64,000 nucleotides of DNA from an uncultured Gemmatimonadales bacterium (GCA_963741945.1 CAVUKA010000003.1:320001-384000), one strand, 5' to 3'; positions 48,459 through 59,432 are shown, counted from the first letter of the stretch. The notes: generated by a model not told the origin, from the sequence alone. Translations and numbers: made by a program.

Positions 48459-49588
48459 GCATCACCGGTCACGAGCGGGTCCGTCACGACCTGGCCACCG
48501 CCGTCCGCCGCGGGGAGCTCCCGGGCTCCATCCTCGTGCACGGCCTCCCCGGCGTGGGGCGTCAGGCCCTGGCGCTCTGGCTCGGGCGCCTGCTCGTGTG
48601 CGAGAGTCCGGGCACCAACGGCCCGTGCGACGCCTGCCGCTCCTGCCGCCTCGCCCTCGCGCTCCAGCACCCGGACATCCACTGGTTCTTCCCCCTGCCC
48701 CGCCCCAAGGGGGCCAGCAGCCCCGAGAAGCTCGCCGACGCGCTCGAAGAAGCACGCCTCGAGACCCTCCAGCAGCGGCGGGCGGACCCGCTGTCCACAC
48801 TCACCACCGGCGACGATGTCGTCGGCTACTACCTCGCCCAGGTCCGCACCATCCGCCGGCTCGGCGCCACCCGACCGGCCATGGCGCCACGCCAGGTGTT
48901 CATCATCGGCGACGCCGAGCTGCTCGTGCCACAGGAAGCGAGTGAGGAGGCCGCCAACGCGCTCCTCAAGATCCTGGAGGAGCCACCGCCCTCCACCTGG
49001 TTCATCCTGACCGCCGCCGAGCCCGATGCGCTCCTGCCCACGCTGCGCTCCCGGCTCCTCCCGGTGCGCCTCCGGCCGTTCCGTCACGAAGAGGTCCGCG
49101 ACTTCCTCATCGAGCGCGCCGGAGCCGACCCGCGCGCCGCGGACATTGCCGCCCGACTCGGACAGGGGTCCATCGGCCGCGCCCTCGCCTTTCTCCCCCG
49201 GGAAGGCACCGATGGCCGCGCCCTGGAGCTCCGCGGCGCCGCCCGCACCTGGCTCGCCGCCGCCCTCGCCGATGACGCCACCGCGCGCTACGCCGCCGCT
49301 CACGCCGAACGGCCGGGTGGGGCGCGGGGGGCGTTCGGCGACACTCTGGACCTCCTCGCCCTCTGGCTCCGTGACCTGGCATGCGTGGCCGCGGACACGG
49401 AGGACCACGTGGTGAACGCCGACGCCCTCCCCTTCCTCCGCTCCGTTGCCAGAGAGCTGCGCCCGGACGCGATACCCCACGCCGTGCGCGCGGTCGAGGA
49501 CGCCCGCGACGAGGGGGGTATCAACGCCAATCCCCAGCTCACCCTCGCCCACCTCCTTCCCCGTCTCCACACACTGCTCCGCGGCTGA
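48455..49588 (+). CDS. holB: DNA polymerase III subunit delta'
   Basis: GLPGVGRQ, CDACRSC, HPDIH, AANALLKILEEPP, LLPTLRSR. Confidence 0.93.
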   Translation: MSITGHERVRHDLATAVRRGELPGSILVHGLPGVGRQALALWLGRLLVCESPGTNGPCDACRSCRLALALQHPDIHWFFPLPRPKGASSPEKLADALEEARLETLQQRRADPLSTLTTGDDVVGYYLAQVRTIRRLGATRPAMAPRQVFIIGDAELLVPQEASEEAANALLKILEEPPPSTWFILTAAEPDALLPTLRSRLLPVRLRPFRHEEVRDFLIERAGADPRAADIAARLGQGSIGRALAFLPREGTDGRALELRGAARTWLAAALADDATARYAAAHAERPGGARGAFGDTLDLLALWLRDLACVAADTEDHVVNADALPFLRSVARELRPDAIPHAVRAVEDARDEGGINANPQLTLAHLLPRLHTLLRG

Positions 49589-49687
49589 TCTGCGGGCACC
49601 GTCGGACCCTGCAGCCATGTCCAAGGGCGGTGGCTACTTGCAACGAGGCGGTTCCGCGGCTCGCCTGGAGCGGTTTATCTTTGCCGG

Positions 49688-50200
49688 ATGGTGAACGACG
49701 AGCTGGATCGTCGGCTGACGCACCAGGACCGCGCCGGCCGCGCCCGAATGGTGGACGTGGGATCGAAGGGGGTGACGGCGAGGCGGGCGGTGGCAGAAGG
49801 TCGCATCCGGATGGAGGCGACCACGCTCGCGGCGCTGGAGGAAGGGCGTACGCCCAAAGGGGACCCCCTACTGGTCGCGCAGGTGGCGGCGATCCAGGCG
49901 GCGAAGCGGACGTGGGAGCTGATCCCCCTCTGTCACCCGCTTCCGCTCTCCAGCGTGGAGGTGGAGCTTGAGGCGGACCGGGCGTTGCCGGGCGTCCGCG
50001 TGGAAGCCCGCACGCAGGTCGTGGGACGCACGGGCGTGGAGATGGAAGCACTGACAGCCGTGTCGGTCGCGCTCCTGACGGTGTACGACATGTTGAAGGC
50101 CGTGGATCGGAACATGCGGATCGACGGGATCCGCCTGCTGGAGAAGAGCGGCGGACGATCCGGGGAATGGGCGGCGGACCTATCCATGGAGGATGAATGA
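49688..50200 (+). CDS. moaC: Cyclic pyranopterin monophosphate synthase
   Basis: LTH...[43 protein letters not shown]. Confidence 0.97.
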   Translation: MVNDELDRRLTHQDRAGRARMVDVGSKGVTARRAVAEGRIRMEATTLAALEEGRTPKGDPLLVAQVAAIQAAKRTWELIPLCHPLPLSSVEVELEADRALPGVRVEARTQVVGRTGVEMEALTAVSVALLTVYDMLKAVDRNMRIDGIRLLEKSGGRSGEWAADLSMEDE

Positions 50201-51009
50201 CGGCCGAATCTGCCGAGTCCGGCATGTCGCGCACGGAGCTCCTTCGGGAGCTGGCGCGGCAGGCGGAAGCGCGGGGCCTGCTGTCTCCCGACGAGGTGGA
50301 AGGTCGGCGGCGCAGCAGGGATCGGGAGGAAGGTGGGCCGCTGTCGCGCTGGGAATCGGAACAGCGCGGTCAGGTTCGCCGTCGGGCCGCGGCCACCTGG
50401 AGCCGGGTCGGCCCGCACGCGCGGATTTCGGTGATCGCGGCCGTCGCGTTCATCGTCGGTGTGCAGATGGCGGCGCGCCCCGATGGGGCCAGGCTGTCGG
50501 CGCTGGAGAAGCAGGTCGGGAACGATCGGGTCGCCCTAACCGCCCGTAAGGGCGAGCTGGAGCTGGTTCGGATCGAGCTGGCCCGCCTGAACGAGATCAT
50601 GACGTACTCGCGGAAGTACGCCGTCACCGCGGATCTGGCCGCGGCCATCAACGATATCGCCCTTGCGGAAGGGATCGCTCCATCACTGGCCTTCCGGCTC
50701 GTGCAGGTGGAAAGCGGTTTCTACCGGCGCGCCGTCAGCCCCATGGGCGCGGTCGGATACGCCCAGTTGATGCCCGCAACCGCCGTCCAACTCGACCCCA
50801 CGGTGTCCTACGACGACCTCTTCGATCGGGACATCAACCTGAGGCTCGGCTTCCGCTACCTCCGCCAGCTCCTCGACCATTACGAGGGCGACCTCCGCCT
50901 CGCGCTCCTGGCCTACAACCGCGGACCTGGCACCGTCGACTCCATTCGGCGCGACGGCGGGGATCCGGGCAACGGCTACGCCCGCTCGGTGATGAGCGGC
51001 GGCCGGTAG
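50197..51009 (+). CDS. Membrane-anchored SLT-domain lytic transglycosylase
   Basis: [30 protein letters not shown]; one TM segment and a short coiled coil upstream. Confidence 0.92.
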   Translation: MTAESAESGMSRTELLRELARQAEARGLLSPDEVEGRRRSRDREEGGPLSRWESEQRGQVRRRAAATWSRVGPHARISVIAAVAFIVGVQMAARPDGARLSALEKQVGNDRVALTARKGELELVRIELARLNEIMTYSRKYAVTADLAAAINDIALAEGIAPSLAFRLVQVESGFYRRAVSPMGAVGYAQLMPATAVQLDPTVSYDDLFDRDINLRLGFRYLRQLLDHYEGDLRLALLAYNRGPGTVDSIRRDGGDPGNGYARSVMSGGR

Positions 51010-51061
51010 CGCTGCACGAGCCGGAGGCCGGGGAGTCCGTTACGGCCGCGACGGCGGCCGG

Positions 51062-52279
51062 TCAGACGCGCAGGCGCAGCTTCTGTCCCGGGTAGATCCG
51101 GTTGCCGATGCCGTTCCAGCTCCGGATCTCCGAAACCGACACGCCGTGCCGGCGGGCGATTTCCCACAGCGTGTCGCCATGCCGAACCCGGTAAGTCTTC
51201 CAGTCGGCGGCGCCGGTCGACGACGCGAGCTTGCCCCCGCCATCGGAAGGCCGTAGCTCGTCCACCGACAGAAGGAGCTTCCCGCCCGTCCCCACGGGCA
51301 CCCGCACGGGCCATTCCCTGTCAGGCGGCGTCATGCTCCGCACCAGTTGCGGATTCAGCTCCTCCACCTGGTCCGCGTCCACGCCCGCCGCGTCCGCCAC
51401 CGCCGAGAGCGACACGCCGCCCGGCACCTTCACCTCGTCGTACGCGAGCGGGGCCTGGTGCTCGAGGCCGTAGAAGCCGTATCGGTTCGGGTCCTTCGCG
51501 ATGTAGCCCGCCGCAAGCATGAGCGGGACGTAATCTCGCGTCTCCCGCGGCAGGTAGTCATCGATCCGCCAGAAGAGCGACTCGTCCCCCTTCCGGCCAC
51601 CCGCCCGCTCCCGGAGGATCCGGTCCACACGGTTCTCCCCCGTGTTGTAGGCCGCCGCCGCCAGATACCAGCTGCCGAACCGCTCGTGCAGCTCCGACAG
51701 GTAGTCCAGCGCCGCGTCCGTCGCCTTGATCGGGTCCCGACGCTCATCCACGTAGGACGACACTTCCAGGCCGTAGCGACGCCCTGTCTCCGCAATGAAC
51801 TGCCACATCCCCGCCGCCCGCGCGCGCGAATACGCCTTCGGCGACAGTCCGCTCTCGATCATGCCCAGGTAAAGCAGGTCTTCCGGCATTCCGCGCGCCC
51901 GCAGCTGCGAACGGATGAACGCACCATACTTCCCTTCCCGCTCCAGCCACTCGTGCGTATGATCGCGGTTCCGTCCCTTCAGGAAGTCGATCCAGTACTC
52001 CACACGGTCGTTGTACGTCACCGGCAGGTCCCACGACGCCGACGCCCCCCGATCCAGCCGCCCCGACGCGAACCGCACCACCCCCGGCTCCGCACCGATC
52101 ACGCCCGCGAGCGTCAACGCCTCCGGCAAGGAAGACGCCCCCGCTTCGACACCCGCCGCCAGGATCTCGTCCACCGGCGTCGGTTCCGTCCCGGGGCTCC
52201 CATCTCCCACCACCCAGGCGCCCATCCCCAGCACGGTCGCCGCACCGGCAATCACGATAGCGAGTGTCCGTCGATTCAT
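51062..52279 (-). CDS. MltD-like lytic transglycosylase with LysM
   Basis: IESG, AAGMWQFI, DERRDP, AAYNTGE, ETRDYVP, LysM YRVRHGDTLWEIA; AAGGAGGAG RBS. Confidence 0.94.
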   Translation of the reverse strand: MNRRTLAIVIAGAATVLGMGAWVVGDGSPGTEPTPVDEILAAGVEAGASSLPEALTLAGVIGAEPGVVRFASGRLDRGASASWDLPVTYNDRVEYWIDFLKGRNRDHTHEWLEREGKYGAFIRSQLRARGMPEDLLYLGMIESGLSPKAYSRARAAGMWQFIAETGRRYGLEVSSYVDERRDPIKATDAALDYLSELHERFGSWYLAAAAYNTGENRVDRILRERAGGRKGDESLFWRIDDYLPRETRDYVPLMLAAGYIAKDPNRYGFYGLEHQAPLAYDEVKVPGGVSLSAVADAAGVDADQVEELNPQLVRSMTPPDREWPVRVPVGTGGKLLLSVDELRPSDGGGKLASSTGAADWKTYRVRHGDTLWEIARRHGVSVSEIRSWNGIGNRIYPGQKLRLRV

Positions 52280-52384
52280 GCTCCTCCTTCTCACGGGTAG
52301 CCAAGGCGTGGTAACCTCGCCCCAAACAAATGTTCCGGGCGCGCCATGGAGGGGCCACCACACGGCGGAAGCCGGCTGAGGTGG

Positions 52385-53026
52385 TCAGTCGGAGGTGTGG
52401 AGGAAGTTTCCGAGCGTGCGGTTGAGTGCGCTGAGGACAGCCAGGGAAGCAGCGGCGAGGATGTCGTCGCGCACGAGGACGGCGCCGACGAGGCGGCTGC
52501 TGCCGCTCTGGTGGAGGAGGAGGGAGGCCACCATCAGGTCCGAATCGAAGGCATGGAGCACCTTGACGCCGATGAGGCGAACGGCGAGGGCGGTCCCGGT
52601 GATGCCCTCGATGGCGTCGATGGCGGCGCGGGCGGCAGTGCGGAGCTCGATGGCGTCGCCCTTTTCGCCATCGGCGGAGCCGCTGTGGATGTGGTCGTCC
52701 CATTCGAGGCGAACGGTGATGGTGACGCGGCCGTTGTCCTCGACGCGCTCGACATCCATGAACCGGACCCGGCGTCGCGGCCCGGACGGGAGAGGGACGG
52801 AGACGCGGATGTTGAGGGCGGCGGGGTCGTGGCCGAGGGTGGCCAGTCGGTTCCGGATCGCGAGCTCGACGGGGCCGCGGTCGAACGAGGGGTCCCGCAC
52901 GATCCAGAGCGCGCCCGCGGGTGGGTCGAGGGAGGCGTGGAGGACGCCATCAAGGGCAGCGATGTCCGTTTCCAGCGCCGCGCGGGCGCCGGGCTCCAGG
53001 TGCGGCATGGCTATGATAGGATCCAC
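52385..53026 (-). CDS. Hypothetical protein, paralog of 27563-28270
   Basis: VTITVRLEW..SGSA, LVGAVLVRDDILAAASLAVLSALNRTL. Start may be 53008. Confidence 0.85.
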   Translation of the reverse strand: MDPIIAMPHLEPGARAALETDIAALDGVLHASLDPPAGALWIVRDPSFDRGPVELAIRNRLATLGHDPAALNIRVSVPLPSGPRRRVRFMDVERVEDNGRVTITVRLEWDDHIHSGSADGEKGDAIELRTAARAAIDAIEGITGTALAVRLIGVKVLHAFDSDLMVASLLLHQSGSSRLVGAVLVRDDILAAASLAVLSALNRTLGNFLHTSD

Positions 53027-53069
53027 AGCGGGTGGTGGCCGCGAGGAGAGGGGCGGAAGTGCTCATCCG

Positions 53070-53099
53070 AAGATAGGCGCGGTTTCAGCCGGTGGTCAA
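53070..53099 (-). promoter_or_regulatory. sigma70-type promoter
   Basis: TTGACC-N18-TATCTT. Confidence 0.6.
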
Positions 53100-53126
53100 G
53101 CGGCGAGGGCCCCGCCCCGCCGCGGT

Positions 53127-54251
53127 TCAGAAGCGGAGCAGCGCACCGACGCCGCCGAGGTCCTCGAGAGCGGGCGCGGCAACGAAGTCGATGGCCACGT
53201 CCTGGTCCTCCGCGATGCGTACCATTTCCTCGACGAGGTTGACGCCATCGCGGACGTCGCCGCCGCAGTACGGGCACTCGCCGGAGCTGCGGTCGAGGAT
53301 GAACTCGCATCGGGTGCAGCGGCCGCCGGTACGGTCGAGCCCGCGGGCGAGCACGAGCGTTTCGATCTTCCCTTCCTGCAGGCGCCGCAGCGTCTCGTCG
53401 AATCCGGCGACGGCCTTGTGGGCCGTCTCGACCCGGTCGTGGATCAGGTCGATGGCGCGAGCCTCCTCTTCCTCCAGAATGCGGTGGAACACCTCGCTCA
53501 TCTTGCGCCGGATCTCGGCGGCGGAGGCATCGATCTCCATGCGATCCGTGTGAACGATGATGGACCGCAGCGCCTGCGGCAGGCACTCCCTGAAGCGCGT
53601 GACGTTCTCATGCGTGCCGAGGAGTGTCAGGTCATCAGGGTGGTGGAGGCGGACGAAATCTTCCACCTCGCGGCAGAACTCCTTGAAGAAGTGCTTCGTC
53701 TCCTCCGCCTTCCTGGCCTGGTAGTCGCGAGCGGAGAACCCACCTCGCTGCACGTCGTGGGAAGTGGGATACGGCTCGGTGTCGACGGCGCTCTCGTGCA
53801 CCGTCTGGTCCAGATAGAAGCTCAGGAGCCGCAGATGCTCCCGATCCACGAGGATCACGCCATGGTGGTGGTAACGATGGACGACTTCCACCAGCGGGGT
53901 CACGATGGGCCGGTCGGCAAGCGCCAGCCGGTTTTCCAGTGGCAGGGGGATCTGGTGGGCCGCCATCCAGTCCCCACCGACCTCCACGTAGAGGGCCACG
54001 CCCTTGTTCGCCTCTTCGTAGCCGTCGTCGAGCCACGAGCGGACGCGGGCGAACGCCTCACCGATGGCCTCCCGGTGGTGCCCCTCTCGATCGCTGTCGA
54101 GCTCCTTGAACGAGGATTCCTGCCGGGAAAGGAAGACTTCGTGTGTGCGCTTGTTGTCCGATTTCACGGACATGTCGAGGAAGAGGGAGAGGATGTCCCG
54201 GCCGTTGGCCGGCCGGTCGAGCAGCGGCTGGATGTCGTGGCGTGAGATCAT
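53127..54251 (-). CDS. Bacterial archaeo-eukaryotic release factor (baeRF/eRF1-like) with Zn ribbon
   Basis: LSLFLD, GVALY, loop HDVQRGGFSARDYQ, HFFKE, C-terminal L7Ae-like domain with CTRC...CPYC, ends GGVGALLRF. Confidence 0.85.
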   Translation of the reverse strand: MISRHDIQPLLDRPANGRDILSLFLDMSVKSDNKRTHEVFLSRQESSFKELDSDREGHHREAIGEAFARVRSWLDDGYEEANKGVALYVEVGGDWMAAHQIPLPLENRLALADRPIVTPLVEVVHRYHHHGVILVDREHLRLLSFYLDQTVHESAVDTEPYPTSHDVQRGGFSARDYQARKAEETKHFFKEFCREVEDFVRLHHPDDLTLLGTHENVTRFRECLPQALRSIIVHTDRMEIDASAAEIRRKMSEVFHRILEEEEARAIDLIHDRVETAHKAVAGFDETLRRLQEGKIETLVLARGLDRTGGRCTRCEFILDRSSGECPYCGGDVRDGVNLVEEMVRIAEDQDVAIDFVAAPALEDLGGVGALLRF

Positions 54252-54297
54252 GGTGTTCTGACCGGTGGATACCTGAGGGCGTTGCACAGGAGCAAGG

Positions 54298-54313
54298 CGC
54301 AAGAAACAGGCCC
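54298..54313 (-). promoter_or_regulatory. Possible sigma54 promoter for the baeRF gene
   Basis: Minus strand gGGCCTGtttcTTGCG (GG-N10-GC). Confidence 0.5.
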
Positions 54314-54406
54314 CGGTGAGGGGCTGTTCTGCTGCTGGAGCGGCGCACCTGCGGCTTCGCTGCGGGCGCCCGGTCGCCCTCCGGGTGCTGTCCCCGGGGT
54401 GGCCCT

Positions 54407-55876
54407 CTACAGGTGGTAGTTGGGCGCTTCCCTCGTGATGGCCACGTCGTGCGGGTGGGACTCCCGGAGGCCACCGCCGGTGATGGTGACGAACTTCGAC
54501 TCACTGCGGAGCGCGGGGATGTCGGCGACGCCGCAGTAGCCCATCCCGCTGCGGAGCCCGCCCACGAGCTGATAGATGACGTCGGAGACCGGCCCCTTGT
54601 AGGGGACCCGTGCCTCGATGCCCTCAGGGACGAACTTCCGCCCCTGGTTCTGGTCCTGGAAGTAGCGGTCGGCGGAGCCCTCTTCCATGGCGGAAAGGGA
54701 GCCCATGCCGCGCACCGTCTTGAATCGGCGGCCTTCGAGCAGGAAGCTCTCGCCGGGGCTCTCCTCGGTGCCGGCGAAGAGCGATCCCATCATGACGGCG
54801 TGCGCGCCCGCGGCGAGGGCCTTGACGATGTCGCCGGAATAACGGATGCCGCCGTCGGCCACGATGCTGACGTCATCATCAACGCCCTGGACGGCCTCCA
54901 TGATGGCCGTGAGCTGGGGCACGCCCACACCGGTGACCACGCGGGTAGTGCAGATGCTACCGGGGCCGATCCCCACCTTGACCACGTTGGCGCCGCGCTC
55001 GGCAATGGCCCTGGCGCCGTCGGCGCTGCCGACGTTCCCGGCCATGATCTCGACATCGGGGAAGCGGTTGCGCAGCGTCTCGAGGGCGGTGAGGACGCCC
55101 TCGGAGTGGCCGTGCGCCGTGTCGATGACGAGGAGATCGCAGCCCGCGTCCACGAGCTGCTGTGCGCGGGAGAGGTCGCCCCGCGCCGTGCCCACGGCGG
55201 CCGCGACACGAAGGCGGCCGTGCTCGTCCTTGCACGCGTTCGGGAACGCACGCCGCTTGAAGATGTCCTTGACCGTGATCAGGCCGCGAAGCTTCCCGTC
55301 CTCGTCCACGACGGGGAGTTTCTCGATGCGGTGCCGGTGCAGGATGCGCTCGGCCTCTTCGAGCGATGTGCCCACGGGCGCGGTGACCAGGTTGCCGCTG
55401 GTCATGACAGCCTGGATCGGCTGGTCCATCTCCGTCTCGAACTGCAGGTCGCGGTTGGTGATGATGCCGACGAGTCGGCCATCGTCGCCGACGATCGGGA
55501 CACCGCTGATGGAGAACTGGGCCATGAGGTGGTGGGCATCGCGCAGGGAGGCGTCGGAGCTCAGGGTGATCGGGTTCAGGATCATCCCGCTCTCGGAGCG
55601 CTTGACCCGATCCACCTCCGCGGCCTGACGGTCCGCGGACATGTTCTTGTGGATCACGCCGATGCCGCCCTCGCGGGCCATGGCAATGGCCATGCGGGAC
55701 TCGGTCACCGTGTCCATGGCCGCGGAGATCAGCGGGATGCGCAGCTCGATCCGCTCCGTGAGCCGCGTTGTGACGGATGTGTTGCGCGGATGCACTTCGG
55801 AGTACCGCGGAACCAGCAGCACATCATCGAATGTCAGCGCTTCGCCCAGGATCCGATCGCGCCCCGCTTCCTTCAT
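54407..55876 (-). CDS. guaB: IMP dehydrogenase
   Basis: [21 protein letters not shown] pair, [31 protein letters not shown]. Confidence 0.99.
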   Translation of the reverse strand: MKEAGRDRILGEALTFDDVLLVPRYSEVHPRNTSVTTRLTERIELRIPLISAAMDTVTESRMAIAMAREGGIGVIHKNMSADRQAAEVDRVKRSESGMILNPITLSSDASLRDAHHLMAQFSISGVPIVGDDGRLVGIITNRDLQFETEMDQPIQAVMTSGNLVTAPVGTSLEEAERILHRHRIEKLPVVDEDGKLRGLITVKDIFKRRAFPNACKDEHGRLRVAAAVGTARGDLSRAQQLVDAGCDLLVIDTAHGHSEGVLTALETLRNRFPDVEIMAGNVGSADGARAIAERGANVVKVGIGPGSICTTRVVTGVGVPQLTAIMEAVQGVDDDVSIVADGGIRYSGDIVKALAAGAHAVMMGSLFAGTEESPGESFLLEGRRFKTVRGMGSLSAMEEGSADRYFQDQNQGRKFVPEGIEARVPYKGPVSDVIYQLVGGLRSGMGYCGVADIPALRSESKFVTITGGGLRESHPHDVAITREAPNYHL

Positions 55877-55973
55877 CGCTTCCCCCCGATGCACGACACC
55901 CGCGAGCCGCCGATCGGCGACCCCGCGGGTGCTCTGTCCGTCCAGCTTCGACTGTTTCCTCGTTCCATGGCGG

Positions 55974-56003
55974 AACCTACGGGCCGCCCGGCGAAGGTGT
56001 CAA
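55974..56003 (-). promoter_or_regulatory. sigma70-type promoter for guaB
   Basis: TTGACA-N18-TAGGTT. Confidence 0.65.
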
Positions 56004-56019
56004 GATGGCGGCGCCGCCT

Positions 56020-56391
56020 TCAGCCACCCCCCTTGTCGTCCTCTTCGGCGGCCGAGCCCTTCGGCGAGCCGCCCCGGTCCTCCTGCGCCTCCCGCTCCTC
56101 GCGCTTCGCCCCGTTGGGTGGACCCTGCACGATGTCGCGGACGCCATCGAAGAACTTCCCCGCCGAACTCATGAGGCGCATGGTCCCCTTCATGGCCTTC
56201 GGTGCCAGGGAGCGGACCCGCATCTGGTCCTCCACGCGCTCCGCGAACTGCTGGAATGGATCCGGCTTTCGGGCCACGGACGCGGCGTACTTCGCCTCCA
56301 GGAACTCGATGTAATCGATGGCCTGGTAGAGCTGCGCCTCCGGCAACGCCTCCAGCTTCCGCAGCAGCCGCTTTCTCGTCACGTCTTCCAT
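56020..56391 (-). CDS. Small helical protein (DUF2281-like N-terminus)
   Basis: [33 protein letters not shown]. Confidence 0.85.
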   Translation of the reverse strand: MEDVTRKRLLRKLEALPEAQLYQAIDYIEFLEAKYAASVARKPDPFQQFAERVEDQMRVRSLAPKAMKGTMRLMSSAGKFFDGVRDIVQGPPNGAKREEREAQEDRGGSPKGSAAEEDDKGGG

Positions 56392-56428
56392 GCATCCTCC
56401 CGGGACCATCCTTGCCTGCCCCACCCTC

Positions 56429-56455
56429 TACGCGGAAGGTATGCCGCCGGTTTCC
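56429..56455 (-). promoter_or_regulatory. ECF (SigW-like) promoter
   Basis: Minus strand GGAAAC-N17-CGTA, 37 nt upstream of the 56391 ATG. Confidence 0.7.
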
Positions 56456-56644
56456 GCGAGGTAAGGGCCGCCGCGGGCATGGACGTGCCGGGGCGGTGCC
56501 GCATCCCCGCGAGCGGCGCCGCCCGGCCAGCGCCGCCGGTCACGGCATGGAACACGCATGCATGTTGCGGGGTTTCTGCACGCGATCGATCACACGGAGG
56601 ACGACGCCACCTCGCGGCGTCGTTTTGCATCAGGGGGCCAGGCC

Positions 56645-57472
56645 ATGGCGATGGAGTTCCTGCCACTCAGGAAGGTGGCCATTCCGACCGCGACCGAGCG
56701 GGAGTACGACCGCTGGGTGGGCGAGATCGCGGAACGGCTGGAGGACGAGAGCGTGGACCGCAACGAGATGGTGCGCGAGATCCTCACGGCCATCCATTAC
56801 CCGCAGTACGTGGACGCGGACCCGCGGGAGCTCCCGGCCCCCGCGCGCATCGCGCTGCTCCAGATGGACCCCCGCAACGTCACGCTGGAACCCGAGTACT
56901 ACCGCGACATCGACCCGGAGCGGTACGCCCCCATAAAGCCGATCCAGTGGCTGTGGGAGAGCTTCGACCGCAGTCCCCTGGGCGAGAACGTCCACCTCGG
57001 CGTGAAGCTCCGGCGTGTTCTGGCCCGTCACGCCTTCCGCCGCGTGGGCCGGAACTTCAAGGCCTTCCACCAGGTCAAGTTCTCCTTCGGCTACAACCTC
57101 GAGATCGGCGACGACGTCGTGGTTCACCGCTACGTGCTGCTGGACGACCGCGGCGGGATCCGGATCGGCGACAACGCTTCCATTTCCGACTTCTCCAACG
57201 TCTACAGCCACACCCATGCCCTCTACGACGGGCGCTACGTGAACTGCCCGGAGACCATCATTGGCGACGGTGTCCGCGTCACCTATCACGGCACCGTGCT
57301 GGCGGGCGTCCATCTCGCCCCGGACGCCATGCTCGGGTCCATGGCCGTGGCCACGCGCGACGTGGAGTCCGGACAGGTGGCGCTCGGCATCCCGGCCGTG
57401 CCCAAGCTGAACAAGCCCGCAATGGAGGACCGGCCGCAGTCGCCCGAGACGGAGGACCCGCTCTGCGACTAG
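56645..57472 (+). CDS. Left-handed beta-helix (hexapeptide) acyltransferase with N-terminal helical extension
   Basis: [42 protein letters not shown]. Confidence 0.9.
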   Translation: MAMEFLPLRKVAIPTATEREYDRWVGEIAERLEDESVDRNEMVREILTAIHYPQYVDADPRELPAPARIALLQMDPRNVTLEPEYYRDIDPERYAPIKPIQWLWESFDRSPLGENVHLGVKLRRVLARHAFRRVGRNFKAFHQVKFSFGYNLEIGDDVVVHRYVLLDDRGGIRIGDNASISDFSNVYSHTHALYDGRYVNCPETIIGDGVRVTYHGTVLAGVHLAPDAMLGSMAVATRDVESGQVALGIPAVPKLNKPAMEDRPQSPETEDPLCD

Positions 57473-57551
57473 GCCGTGTGCGGCGGAGCCACGCCGCGGC
57501 TATACTTCTCTGTTCCACTCCCACATCGTTGCGCTCAAGAAGGAGCATCGC

Positions 57552-59270
57552 ATGCCACGTGTGCACACTCTCCCCGGCACCGTGCTGGCTCTCGCGGGCC
57601 TGCTGGCCATGAGCACCCTTGCCGGCTGCGCGGGCGACCGGGAGCCCGGCGACTCGCCAACCGTGTCACTCGAGGCCGCGGGGCCGGCGCTGGAGAGCAT
57701 CCAGGTGCCGGATCTCATGGATGCCATCGACACCCTGGCCTCCGATGCGTACGAGGGAAGGGCCCCGGCCACGCCGGGCGAAGAGAAGACGGTCTCTTAC
57801 CTGACGCGGCGCTTCGAAGCCATGGGCCTGGCGCCCGGGAACCCGGACGGGACGTTCGTACAGGATGTGTCGCTGGTGGGGATCCGGAATCACGCGCAGG
57901 GGTCCATCGCCGTCGGCGGCAGGACCATCGCGTTGCGTACGCCCGAGAATTTCGTCGGCGTATCGTTCCGGGACACCTCGGAGGTGCACGTGCGGGATTC
58001 CGACGTCGTGTTCGTGGGCTACGGCGTGGAAGCTCCGGAGTACGGCTGGGACGACTATGCCGGCGAGGACATGACGGGGAAGACGCTGGTCATGCTGGTG
58101 AACGACCCGCCCGTGCGGGTGGAAGGGGACACGGCGCTCGATCCGGCCATGTTCAACGGCAAGGCGATGACGTACTACGGCCGCTGGACGTACAAGTACG
58201 AGGTCGGCGCGGAGAAGAACGCGGACGCCGTGATCATCGTTCACGAGACGGGGCCCGCGGGGTATCCGTGGGAGGTCGTGACGGGGAGTTGGGGCCCGGA
58301 GCAGTTCGGGATCGCCGGCGGCGGGGACAGGACGCCGGTCAAGGTGGAGAGCTGGATCACGGAAGCGACGGCGCGCGACCTCTTCCAGGCGGCCGGGCTG
58401 GACTTCGACCAGATGAAGGAGAAAGCGCGGACGCCGGGCTTCACGCCCGTGGCGCTGAACGCGAAAGCGAACCTGGACGTGGCCATGGAGCGGCGGGAGG
58501 TGCAGTCGCGCAACGTCGTGGCGAAGCTCCCGGGCTCCGACCCGGCGGTGTCCGGCGAGTACGTGATCTACACGGCGCACTGGGACCACCTGGGGCGTGA
58601 CACCACGCTGGAGGGCGACCAGATCTTCAACGGCGCGCTGGACAACGCCAGTGGAGTGGCCGGGCTGCTGGAGCTGGCCCAGGCGTACACGAAGCTTGCG
58701 GAAGCCCCACGTCGCTCGATCCTGTTCCTGGCGGTGACGGGGGAGGAGAAGGGGCTGCTGGGCGCGAAGTACTATGCCGAGCACCCGCTCTATCCGCTCA
58801 ACAAGACGCTTGCGGACATCAACATGGACGGGCTGAACCAGTGGGGTCCGACCCGTGACATCGTGGTCGTGGGCATGGGCAATTCATCGCTGGACGGAGT
58901 GCTCGATCGGTACGCCACCACCAGGGGGCGTCACCTGGTGCCGGACCCGGAGCCGGAGAAGGGCTACTTCTATCGCTCCGACCATTTCGAGTTCGCGAAG
59001 AAGGGGGTTCCGGCGCTCTACACGGATGCGGGCACCGAGTTCGTGGGCAAGCCCGCGGGGTGGGGCGAGGCGAAGCGGCAGGAGTACGTCGTGAACGACT
59101 ACCACAAGCCATCGGACGAAGTGAAGCCCGATTGGGACCTGTCCGGCGCCGCGCAGGACGTGCAGCTGATGTTCCTGGTCGGCTACGACGTGGCCCAGGG
59201 CGCCGCCTGGCCCGAGTGGAGCGAGGGGAACGAGTTCAGGGCCACGCGCGACGCCACGCTCGCCGACTAG
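57552..59270 (+). CDS. M28 family aminopeptidase, lipoprotein
   Basis: Lipobox [54 protein letters not shown]. Confidence 0.94.
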   Translation: MPRVHTLPGTVLALAGLLAMSTLAGCAGDREPGDSPTVSLEAAGPALESIQVPDLMDAIDTLASDAYEGRAPATPGEEKTVSYLTRRFEAMGLAPGNPDGTFVQDVSLVGIRNHAQGSIAVGGRTIALRTPENFVGVSFRDTSEVHVRDSDVVFVGYGVEAPEYGWDDYAGEDMTGKTLVMLVNDPPVRVEGDTALDPAMFNGKAMTYYGRWTYKYEVGAEKNADAVIIVHETGPAGYPWEVVTGSWGPEQFGIAGGGDRTPVKVESWITEATARDLFQAAGLDFDQMKEKARTPGFTPVALNAKANLDVAMERREVQSRNVVAKLPGSDPAVSGEYVIYTAHWDHLGRDTTLEGDQIFNGALDNASGVAGLLELAQAYTKLAEAPRRSILFLAVTGEEKGLLGAKYYAEHPLYPLNKTLADINMDGLNQWGPTRDIVVVGMGNSSLDGVLDRYATTRGRHLVPDPEPEKGYFYRSDHFEFAKKGVPALYTDAGTEFVGKPAGWGEAKRQEYVVNDYHKPSDEVKPDWDLSGAAQDVQLMFLVGYDVAQGAAWPEWSEGNEFRATRDATLAD

Positions 59271-59432
59271 CAGCTCGATGGTTCCCGCGCGAGTCCGCTG
59301 ACCCGCTCAGCCGGCTCCGCGCGGACTCATCCACCAACACGCCAGCGCTCGCCCGACTGGCGCAGCGCGAACGGCGTCCCCGCGGCCACAATGTGTTCCG
59401 GAGACCGCTCTCCAGGACCGGGCGCGGTGGAC

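Noticed and set aside
50197-52279. Prophage lysis or secretion-system locus suggested by two transglycosylases
   Set aside because: No phage, integrase or secretion genes nearby; both look like cellular enzymes among core genes.
56613-56629. sigma54-like GGCGTCGTTTTGCA upstream of the acyltransferase
   Set aside because: The GG-to-GC spacing is 9 nt; sigma54 requires 10.
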